Shown here piece after piece: positions 47,627 to 57,200 of a stretch of DNA of 64,000 nucleotides. The position numbers and the translations under genes were made by a program. Where the stretch lies: NCBI GenBank assembly GCA_000146465.1, contig CP001943.1. The stretch is one strand, 5' to 3'. The notes under the pieces are model-generated. The model worked only from the letters and a program-made list of their open reading frames with translations. It ran no database searches and was not told the origin of the DNA. Position 1 is the first letter of the stretch. Each line of letters starts with the position of its first letter.

Positions 47627-49696
47627 ATGTCGTCCAAACAAGAATCATTGGCAGAAGGCACTATAAAAGACAAGCATCCTGAGACACATGGATTTGAGGT
47701 TGATGTGAATCAGATGATGGACACTATGATCAAGAGTGTGTACTCATCCAAGGAGCTCTTTCTTAGGGAGCTAGTATCGAACTCCAGCGATGCATGCGAC
47801 AAGCTTAAGTCGCTGTACTATGAACTGAATTCCAAGGGATGTGATCTGGACCCGGTTACATCTCTAAGTATTGAGATAATCCCGAACAAGACGAACAGAA
47901 CTTTGACCATCAAGGATAATGGGATTGGGATGACGAAGCCGGACCTGATGAACTTCATCGGAACTATTGCAAGCAGTGGAACCAAGAAGTTCCGAGAGGA
48001 GATGAAGGAGAAGGGGAATGCAGCAGATGCCTCCAACCTGATTGGGCAGTTTGGTCTTGGATTCTACTCGTCATACCTTGTAGCGGACAGGGTTGATGTG
48101 ATAACAAAGCATCCTGAGGATGAGGCTCTTGTGTGGACATCTACTGGAAGAGATGTGTACACTATAGAAGAGTACACTGGAGATTCTTTCTCTCACGGAA
48201 CATCATTGGTGCTTTATATCAAGGAGGGAGAGGAGGAATTCTTGGATCCAAAGAAGATTAGTGAGATAGTGAAGAAGTACTCTCTGTTTGTGTTCTATCC
48301 AATATACACATATGTTGAGAAGGAGATTGAAGAGCCTTCTGAGGAAAAGGAAGAAGAGAAGGAAGAAAAAGCAACCGAGGAAACAACTGAGCCAAAGGTT
48401 GAAGAGGCGAAGGAGAAGAGACTGAAGAAGGTTACACAGAGGGAGCAGATCAATGCGGAAAAGCCCTTGTGGAAGAGAAATATAAAGGAAGTTCCCGAGG
48501 AGGAGCTGAAGAGCTTCTACAAGACGATTTCCGAGGACTGGGATGACTTCCTTGCAGTTGACTTCTGGCGTGTTGAGGGGCTTCTATCGATTGATCTTCT
48601 TATGTTTATTCCGAAGAGAGCCAGGTTTGATATGTTCAACAGGAACAAGAAGAACAACAACATTAAGCTGTACTGTAAGAATGTGTTTGTGACTGATGAT
48701 TTCGGAGATTCTATTCCCGAGTGGATGTCGTTTGTCAGTGGTGTGATTGCTTCTGATGACATTCCTATGAACATCAGCCGAGAGATGATCCAGGGAACAA
48801 ATGTAATGAAGCTTGTCAAGAAGATTCTTCCACAGAAGATTTTCGAGATGATTGGAAAGCTTGCCATGGATGCTGAGAAGTACAAGACTTTCTACAAGGA
48901 GTTTGGAAACTGCATCAAGATGGCGATTGGAGAGGCAAGCGAAGGACAGCAGGATGGCTATGCAAAATGTCTTCGATATTTCACTACAAAGAGTGGAGAG
49001 GAGATGGTGTCTTTGGATACATATGTGGAGAGGATGGCAGCCAACCAGAAGCAGATCTATGTGATAACAGGGCTTGGAAAGGATCAGGTCAAATCAAATC
49101 CAGCTCTAGATGCATTCCAGAAGTACGAGGTAATCTACATGTACGATGTGATGGATGAGGTCATGCTCCGAGGACTCAAGAAATACAAGGGACATGCTAT
49201 TCAGAGGATAACAAGTGAAGGAGTAGAGCTTCCCGAAGATGAAGAAAACAATGAGGAAATTGTCAAGTCGTTCGAGGAGTTCTGCAAGAAGGCAAAGGAT
49301 CTTCTCTCAAACAAGGTGGAGAAAGTTACGGTGAATCCAAGGCTTGTGAGTGCACCGGCAGTTATCTCGACAACTAAGTACTCTCTATCTGGAACGATGG
49401 AAAACATAATGAGGTCCCAGCCTGTCACAGAGGCAAATCCGTTTGCAGCAATGACTGCAGTCAGCAAGAAGATCTTCGAGATGAATCCCCACCATAAACT
49501 TGTCAAGAATCTTAAGACACTTTTCGATAACAACGAAATTGAAAAGATGGGTAAGATGCTGGAGCTGTTCTTTGAGACGGTTCTTATCCACAATGGATTC
49601 ATGCTGTCAGATCCTAAGACATTCTGTGCCAATGTCTTTGAGTTCCTTTGCTCCTCGGAAGTAAAGAGTGAGGAGCTTGTGGAAGAGGTCCAGTGA
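47627..49696 (+). CDS. HSP90: Heat shock protein 90 (cytosolic)
   Basis: N-terminal ATPase domain signature (…FLRELVSNSSDACDKLK…IGMTK…GTIASSGT…), a charged linker, and middle and C-terminal domains. 689 aa, ending …EEVQ. The ATG is preceded by AAAATATTTAACGGGAAATTCCC. Confidence 0.92.
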   Translation: MSSKQESLAEGTIKDKHPETHGFEVDVNQMMDTMIKSVYSSKELFLRELVSNSSDACDKLKSLYYELNSKGCDLDPVTSLSIEIIPNKTNRTLTIKDNGIGMTKPDLMNFIGTIASSGTKKFREEMKEKGNAADASNLIGQFGLGFYSSYLVADRVDVITKHPEDEALVWTSTGRDVYTIEEYTGDSFSHGTSLVLYIKEGEEEFLDPKKISEIVKKYSLFVFYPIYTYVEKEIEEPSEEKEEEKEEKATEETTEPKVEEAKEKRLKKVTQREQINAEKPLWKRNIKEVPEEELKSFYKTISEDWDDFLAVDFWRVEGLLSIDLLMFIPKRARFDMFNRNKKNNNIKLYCKNVFVTDDFGDSIPEWMSFVSGVIASDDIPMNISREMIQGTNVMKLVKKILPQKIFEMIGKLAMDAEKYKTFYKEFGNCIKMAIGEASEGQQDGYAKCLRYFTTKSGEEMVSLDTYVERMAANQKQIYVITGLGKDQVKSNPALDAFQKYEVIYMYDVMDEVMLRGLKKYKGHAIQRITSEGVELPEDEENNEEIVKSFEEFCKKAKDLLSNKVEKVTVNPRLVSAPAVISTTKYSLSGTMENIMRSQPVTEANPFAAMTAVSKKIFEMNPHHKLVKNLKTLFDNNEIEKMGKMLELFFETVLIHNGFMLSDPKTFCANVFEFLCSSEVKSEELVEEVQ

Positions 49697-49769
49697 ATCT
49701 TATTAAATAATTCTCTCAACACTTGTAACATTTGTGTTTCTGTTAATTGGCCCAAAAAAATTGCTGGGG

Positions 49770-52280
49770 ATGGAAGTGAAATTATGCGAAGATGCTTGGA
49801 AAGTTCTAAGTGCAATAAAGCAGACAATTGTTTCGGAAAGAATGAAAGATACGCCAGAGAACGTTACGGAGGCAGCGATTGAGACGTTTCTGGAGATGAG
49901 CCGAAGAAATGATCATTCGAAAGTGGAAGAGCTTCTTCAGATAATCCTGGCACATAAGAACTACATCACCGAGAAAAGTAGCACAGAGCTTGTGAGAAGA
50001 ATTCTTCTCTCCTTTAAGGAGAAGAAGGTTTATCTCCAAGGACTCCGGGTAATCAAGCATTTTGTGAAAAGCGGGAGATATCACATGTCGCACTTCAAGA
50101 TTCTTGTCGAAGACTGTTTTGGCCGGAAGTCACTAAAAACAAGGTCTGTGGAACTTGCAAAGAGATATCTGGAACTTGAGGAGTTTAGAAAGGAACTTCT
50201 AGGGTATATATCGAAGCTCGAAGGAACCGACTTGATAAGACACATCAACTGTTTCTTCGACTCTATTGCAGATGGAATTGATGTTGTAGAGAAACTTGAC
50301 TCATTTGTGAATCCGGATGTTTTTGAGGGGATGGAGACCGGCGAGGCAAGGGCACTGTACTCTGAATGCTGTGATATGCTCTACAAATATACGTTGATGG
50401 AGATGGAGGTTGGAATTCCGGATGAAAAGGTTTTTGAATACATAGTGAAGAAGCTTCAGATCCTGTTTGAAATTCCTTTTCCCAGGGGAGGAAAGCTCTT
50501 GGAAACTCTTTCATTACTTGCAGAAAAGGACTTGGTTGTTTCTTTAAGGAGCAAGCAGCATTTGATGAGATGGGATAAGAATCTGAAGAGAGAGGTTGTG
50601 AAAGAGCTCTGTGAGTCGAATTTGAAGAATGACAAAATATACGAGTTTATAAGATCTGTAAGGCACGTCCTTGTTCCCGAGTTCATGGATCTAATAAGAC
50701 ACATGGCAAGGAACTTTGTGGAAGGAGATGATAAATATCGATTTGCCCTTGGGGCAGTAGCAGGAATTATAGGAATCGAGGATCTATTTCTGGTACTAGA
50801 AGACATGGAAATAGAGATTAGGACATGGGCACCAATTATCCGATGTTCTTCAAATGGAGACATATCGTTTTTCATAAAGATTCTCCGGGATGTGGAGGAA
50901 AGAAAAGGTGTGGAATCTATCGACAGAACGATTCTCTTGAACTGTATTCCTGCATTCTGCAACTATGCAACTGATCGTACGGGTTCAATTGAAGGTCTCC
51001 TACAAATCATGAAAGCCAACCTAGGGAATTCAAACGTTTTTAATTCGATATGCACAGGACTAAGGAAGTTGATGCATTCCCACGAGAACAACATCAAGAA
51101 CAACTTGATTCTTCGAAACCCGATTCCTCCTGGGGAGTCGGAGAGAATCCTCCACTCAATCAGGAAATCCGAGATTGCTTTGGACATTCTTTCTGTAGGA
51201 ATTGGGAAGTGCTCTGATGAGCTGGATCAGACATTGTTCAAGCTACTGGAAACCGATGATTTTGGACTATCGAGCAGGATATTCCAGTATATCCTACTCT
51301 ACCCTCAGATTGAGTCTGTTACAGTCGGAAAGTGGAATCTATCGGGGATTTCGGATGTAATGAAGGTTGCAAGGTACTTTGTTCCAAAGATGAACAGCGA
51401 TTTCGAGATTTATAGCAAGCTCATGGAGTTCTGTCTTTCTGAGGACGGGGGAGCACAGAAAAGAGCATATCAGCTTCTGTATCACATGAAGAAGCATCAA
51501 AAGATTGATCTGTGCATCTGCGACACTTTATTTTCCCACGAAACCGATGAGAAGACAAAGGACTGCTCCCAGAAATGGAGGATTGCTCTTATTTATTCTG
51601 TTTATACAGTCGGATGCAAATGCTTTTCCGAGCGGAAGAAAGAATATCTCAACAGGATGCTTCCAGTGCTTGTGCTAGGTCTGAAGACAGGAAATGCTAA
51701 GGCCCGAAAGGTTTGTCAGGAAAATTTGGATGAACTTGTATCTGGGTTTTCATCTTCCGAATTTGATTTCTATTGTAGGCTAATGGTTGCAGGAACAGCA
51801 TCGGAAAATGTAGTTCTCAGATGCGGAATACTGGAAGCCTCTGTTGCACTAATAGAGAGCCACAGAGAAAGACTTTCCCAAGAATTCATCCAGTCGATGT
51901 ACGATGGCTGCCTCTCGACAAGTAGACTAGGAAGGGAAACTGTTCCCCATGTTCTCAAATTCTTAAATATCCTTGTTAGCACCTATGCAGTGAACCCTCA
52001 GGGATGTCTGGAAGTTTTAGAGCTATATGCAGACAAATTCAAAAGAAGATATGCAGAAGACGTCAAGTCGATTGTATCAAGACTGATTAGAAGAGATGTG
52101 GAGATCCCCAAGAGTCTCCGCCTTTTCTTGAAGGAAAGAAAAAGAAAAGGTCCTCGGGCAACCTTACAGATAACGAAGAAAAACAACGTGATGATCACAC
52201 AAGGAAAACAGAAACAGGAGAGCATTCCGTTTTCGGGCCACAGAAGAACCGTCAAGCGGAACAAGAGACACAAGAAATAA
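49770..52280 (+). CDS. Large HEAT/ARM-like helical protein with a KR-rich C-terminal tail (nucleolar ribosome-biogenesis type, e.g. RRP12-like; tentative)
   Basis: About 836-aa all-helical ORF ending KERKRKGPR…KRNKRHKK. The track start at 49734 is GTG. The first ATG at 49770 is preceded by CCCAAAAAAATTGCTGGGG. Confidence 0.4.
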   Translation: MEVKLCEDAWKVLSAIKQTIVSERMKDTPENVTEAAIETFLEMSRRNDHSKVEELLQIILAHKNYITEKSSTELVRRILLSFKEKKVYLQGLRVIKHFVKSGRYHMSHFKILVEDCFGRKSLKTRSVELAKRYLELEEFRKELLGYISKLEGTDLIRHINCFFDSIADGIDVVEKLDSFVNPDVFEGMETGEARALYSECCDMLYKYTLMEMEVGIPDEKVFEYIVKKLQILFEIPFPRGGKLLETLSLLAEKDLVVSLRSKQHLMRWDKNLKREVVKELCESNLKNDKIYEFIRSVRHVLVPEFMDLIRHMARNFVEGDDKYRFALGAVAGIIGIEDLFLVLEDMEIEIRTWAPIIRCSSNGDISFFIKILRDVEERKGVESIDRTILLNCIPAFCNYATDRTGSIEGLLQIMKANLGNSNVFNSICTGLRKLMHSHENNIKNNLILRNPIPPGESERILHSIRKSEIALDILSVGIGKCSDELDQTLFKLLETDDFGLSSRIFQYILLYPQIESVTVGKWNLSGISDVMKVARYFVPKMNSDFEIYSKLMEFCLSEDGGAQKRAYQLLYHMKKHQKIDLCICDTLFSHETDEKTKDCSQKWRIALIYSVYTVGCKCFSERKKEYLNRMLPVLVLGLKTGNAKARKVCQENLDELVSGFSSSEFDFYCRLMVAGTASENVVLRCGILEASVALIESHRERLSQEFIQSMYDGCLSTSRLGRETVPHVLKFLNILVSTYAVNPQGCLEVLELYADKFKRRYAEDVKSIVSRLIRRDVEIPKSLRLFLKERKRKGPRATLQITKKNNVMITQGKQKQESIPFSGHRRTVKRNKRHKK

Positions 52281-52352
52281 AACTTCATTTAATTTTGGTC
52301 TTCAAAATAATTCTATCTGTTTTTTTATTTATCTCTTCTGTAGCACTAGAAG

Positions 52353-54164
52353 TCATGCATAGGACCGTACAAAGTTAAGCTCCTCGTCAAAACTGTCATC
52401 GTAGTCCATTGTTGGAGCCTCCATTCCGATGCTTTCGCAGAAATTAGTAAAAAGGATCTTTAGGTCGAGAGATTCCTCCTTGTTTACGCAATCTCTGAGT
52501 ACAGAGAAGTATTGTCTTTGCATGTCTATAGGCATTTTTTGGAGGAGCATCATGGCAATCTTGCATCTAAAGGATGCACCCACCTTAAGCTGAAGTGCCC
52601 TGTCAACAAGATAAGCCCAAGTATCTTTATTCTCAAGCAGCATTAGGCTTGAGTACAGCCTTGCAAGGGAAATAGACTTGTGTTTCGAATATCCATACAT
52701 AATCTCTATGCTAGGAATTATTACATTCATCACTTGCATGCTTATCTCGGCCTTGTGCACAACAGAAGCCAGAAAGTCAATATCCTCAAAAACCCATGGA
52801 TGCAGAAAGATCGACATAAGTGTGGCCTTGCTCTTGATAAGACAAGACCAAAGTAAAGAGTCTCCGTCAAAGGCCTCCTTCCTGAAAAAGTATCTGAAAA
52901 ATCCTGTGTAATCTGCACAGAGTATAGATTGGGAAGGGGAAAAGAGTCTTGAGAGACAGTTGTTTACATGTACAAAGTCTACCTTCGAAGCCCTGTAGTT
53001 CCTGATTCTTTCTATAAACTCGCGAATTCTATGGCTGGTTGCCTCGTTCAAGAGGAAATACCGTCCTATCCCATTGAGACACATACAGTATGCTTCAATG
53101 TTCTTGGTCTTGAAGAGATAATCCAAGAGCCCAAACATCTCATCAGAAGAAACCTCTCTGAACTTACACATCTCGGATATAAGTAAGCAATTCGATATCA
53201 CATCGTTGTGGCTTGGGTTCTTTGCCTGATATATTTCTCTGAAGAGAACTGCTACAACTTTTCTTGCAACAGCTCCCATGTTTTTAAGTATCCTGGCTAT
53301 GCTTGATATGAAGTTAGGGTTGAGCTTCAACTGCATAAGCATGAAAACAACCTCCTTCTGGTTGTTTACGTTTTTTATGGATTTCGATAATGCATCCAAC
53401 TTCTCTGTATCTCCAGAATGCATAATGATGTAGTCCCTTATCTCTTTTATGTCCAGGCCCCCATCATAACATTCCAATGAGGCAGTACGCCCGGTGTAAT
53501 AGTGGAACTCCTCGTTCTCCACATCGGCCATCTTCTTAAGGTCATATCCCTCGTCACACACCTTTATCCCAAGAGACCTTGCTACAACATCAAGCCTCCC
53601 ACCCCTGTCTTCACTAGTCTGCGGATCTATCCTTTTAGCTTGGTTAGAAACCTCTGCTTGGCTTAGTTCATCCTTATAGTTTTCCATTATGTATCCGAGA
53701 AAGAGGATTCTAGGTTTTTCACTTATCTTGTTGCATAGATCTCTGATCAGATTTTCTCTTCTCTCCTCTTTATCCACAGTCCTTCTTGATAGAGTCTGCA
53801 AATCAAAGAAAAAGGCTGCAAGCCAGTACTTCTCCGTCTCCTCAATTCCATGATTTATGATCTTTCCTAATTCCGACATCAACAGCCTCATGAAGTCGCT
53901 GCATGATGTAAGTGCAGACGTCACCCGGACAACACTCTTGATGTCGTCTGTAGATTGTACTTTTGATAGAAGTATCGAAGTAACTATCTCGGAGGTGAAC
54001 TTGCTCATGTCTTCCTTCTCAAGATCACTTTTAATCGCTTCTACACTTTCTGAATTTATGTTTTTAAGCTTCTTTATGATCGAAAGCTTTTTTCTAAGCG
54101 GAGAGTTTCTCTTTCTTTCTGTATAAGGAACTCCCAAAGCCATAAGCTCATCTTCCCAATTCAT
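52353..54164 (-). CDS. MIF4G-like helical repeat protein (UPF2/CWC22/SGD1-type; tentative)
   Basis: 603-aa helical ORF with MIF4G-like spacing. No catalytic motifs. Confidence 0.4.
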   Translation of the reverse strand: MNWEDELMALGVPYTERKRNSPLRKKLSIIKKLKNINSESVEAIKSDLEKEDMSKFTSEIVTSILLSKVQSTDDIKSVVRVTSALTSCSDFMRLLMSELGKIINHGIEETEKYWLAAFFFDLQTLSRRTVDKEERRENLIRDLCNKISEKPRILFLGYIMENYKDELSQAEVSNQAKRIDPQTSEDRGGRLDVVARSLGIKVCDEGYDLKKMADVENEEFHYYTGRTASLECYDGGLDIKEIRDYIIMHSGDTEKLDALSKSIKNVNNQKEVVFMLMQLKLNPNFISSIARILKNMGAVARKVVAVLFREIYQAKNPSHNDVISNCLLISEMCKFREVSSDEMFGLLDYLFKTKNIEAYCMCLNGIGRYFLLNEATSHRIREFIERIRNYRASKVDFVHVNNCLSRLFSPSQSILCADYTGFFRYFFRKEAFDGDSLLWSCLIKSKATLMSIFLHPWVFEDIDFLASVVHKAEISMQVMNVIIPSIEIMYGYSKHKSISLARLYSSLMLLENKDTWAYLVDRALQLKVGASFRCKIAMMLLQKMPIDMQRQYFSVLRDCVNKEESLDLKILFTNFCESIGMEAPTMDYDDSFDEELNFVRSYA

Positions 54165-54223
54165 AGAAGGGACTTTCCTCCCAAAGGATTTATTACACTG
54201 GGGGCTTCTTGAAGCCCTTGGAC

Positions 54224-57200
54224 ATGAACCGGAACTATTTGAAGAACCTCTATCTCCAGCAACTCGAATCGGAACGGTATTCAGATGTATTCCGAGAAAG
54301 CCTACATAGCCTAGTGTCTGTGGAAATAATGAATACCGTTATACTCTTGGCTGTTAAGGATGATGACGAGGATGCACTCATCGATCTTCTGGAGTTGTTT
54401 CTGCAACATCTAGAGACCAACCCTATATTTTATGAGAAACTTGGGAAATCAAACCTTCACTTACTTCTGTTGGAACGTCCACTGAGGATGCAGAGCTACA
54501 CAAAACTAAAGTTGGTTTATGATAAGGTTAGGCCCAAGAGAACTCCACTAAGCTTTGAGCATACAGAGTTTCTCGCCAAAAACTTTTACAATTACTGTCT
54601 CTACAAGTACGCATACAATGATTATCAGTTCGACCTTGAGATGTCTGTGGAAGGATTTGGGCCGGTGGAGATGAATTTGTTCAAAGATCTCCTTAGGAAG
54701 ATATGCATTGAAAATAGAGAGAACGAGCATCTTGCTAATTATGTAAGAACTCTTCCCATGGACACAAATGTCTTTCTTGCTATAGTGGAGCCGGATTTCA
54801 AGGTAGATGCATCGAAGCTTGAGCCAGAGGATTTATTTGTTGTGTACCCAGCTCAGGTCCAAAGATGTAACCTGGGCTTGTTTACAAAGCCATTTCTTTG
54901 CAGTTTGAACTCTAAGGAGGGTCTTTGCAGAGTTTGTGGGAGAAGAGTTCTAGAATACCACTTTGAGGAGATCGACCACGAAGAATACCTGGAAAGTATA
55001 GCAGGAAATATCAAAGAGATATGTTTTGCTGTAAGTCATTGGGAAAAGGCCAGAACGCCTCGGGTGCTTATAACTGTTCTCAGGTCTCTGTTCAAAGGAT
55101 GCGAAGATCTCGAATGTTACAAATCCCTAAAGTACTTTCCGGTGAAAGAGGAGAGCGATATGGAGGATATAGTTGTAAAGTTCTTAAGATATGCAGCAAG
55201 CACATTGAACATTGAGAACATCCAGGTATCCCTCAGGATGCTTCCGTTTACAAGCCACACCCCAAAAGTAATATTTTCATACTTTGTTATTTTATTTGAA
55301 AGCTTACGAAAGTATCCGGAAAATGGGTTTTTGAGAAGCATAGTAAAGAATGTGGTGATGAGGAACAAGGACAAATTTATGAAGATAAGAGCAATGATAT
55401 TTGAATACTATATGAAGGGGGACGAAGAGTCGGTGTTTGACATTCCAAATAGAGAAAAAGAGGGAAGAGGCTTGAAGGATGGAAAGGACTTTAATACAAG
55501 CATAAGCGATAGACTTGAACGTAGACTTGCACCGTTGTCTGAATTCTTCAGCGAGGAGTGCGGATCTTTCGTTAAAAACAACATGTTCTACATATATCCT
55601 ATCATATACTCACTATGGCTTCCTCGTTGCACCCAGGATCTTGGATTTACTCAGGCAAATAACCACTTTCTAGTAATATCGCTTTGCCTCCAAGGGGAAG
55701 AAAGCAGAATAGATGAAATAGGATATGAAAAAGACGAACTGTATGGAATGGGGGTTGATGTAATTGTTCCCCTTTTGTGCAACGGATACTTCAAATATGA
55801 TATTCTGGAAAGGTTTTTTGGGGATACTCGGAAGTATATAAGCATCCACTTACCGAAGTTTTTATTTGCATTGAAGAAGGTGTATGTAGAAAGACCTTTT
55901 GAGTTTCGAGTATGTGTGTTTAAGGTTCTGAAGTGCATTATAGATGCAATTTCCAACAATGTGAAGATGTTGTTCAACTATCTATTTCCGTTTGTGGAGT
56001 TCTTTATGAGAAAACATGAAGACTCGTGTGGAATGGATTGCAAGATGATTTTCATTGAGTATTATTCATCATTTTTTGAGAACGATTGTTTTATCCGAAA
56101 CATGCCCAGGATATTTCCATATTTAGACGTTGAAAAGATAGTGAAGTGGAGCAATGCAAAGAATGAGGAAGACTACCTGGATATAGTCCTTGGGCTTTTG
56201 AACACCAAAGGGCACTTTTCACAGGAAATGGCCACCTCTAAAGCGGTGGAACTTCTTACAAGGGTCTTTGGAAGTATAGATAAAGATGGAGTGCTTGATG
56301 AAGAAAGCTTTGTGGAAAACATTCTTACCCGATTCTTTAAGAGCCCTACGTTTAGAATTAAGGTTGGGAGTATCTACAGGCGACTTAGAGAAGTGGAAAG
56401 TGATGCAGCATTCCTGATTGGATGTATATCACAGGAGTTTCTGGAACCAGAGATCCATCCCTCTGTCTGTGACGTTCCTATTATGGGGAATACTCCGGAA
56501 GCAATTGCTAGAGTGATGATTGAAAGGTATCTACTCGAGATAGATCCTGGAAAACAAGATCTTCATTTTTTCATAATACAGGAGACTTTAAAGTTTATTA
56601 GAGGGCCTTTAAGCGACAGTATAGAAGAAGTTGTTGATCAGTTTAGAAACACACAGTATCTCTATGAGCACGTGCCTACATATTCAACGGAGAAGTTGTA
56701 TGAAAAGACACATACATTTAAGAAGTTCCTCGAAAGGCTGTATCGGCACACCCTCTCAGAAGTTGAAAGGAGGAACAAAAAGGAATATTTTAATCTTCTT
56801 AGATATGGAGATCTGCTTGGGATTCCGTTTCTGGAGTTCCATTGCTTGTCCCTGTGCAGGCTACTTCTAGATTCGGGAGACAGCAGAGTTGCAGGGATTG
56901 CACAGAATATATCCCAGGACCTCGAGGGGGGAGTGGACAGAAAGATTGCAAGGTTTGTTCTGAAACTACACAGGTTCACAGAAGGGAAGTATGTTCCAGA
57001 TCTTGTGATACTCAGGATATCTATTTTTCTCAAGGACCATTATAACGCTATCCAGGTTTTAGAGAAGATGATAAGAAAAGAAAGGAGAAGGGATCTCTTT
57101 GATCTCCTCCAATACAACTACTATTGGATCAAGGACTATGACAAAGTACTAGGAATAAACTCGGTATTTGGGAGACCAACACTGATCAACCTTTTTTTTG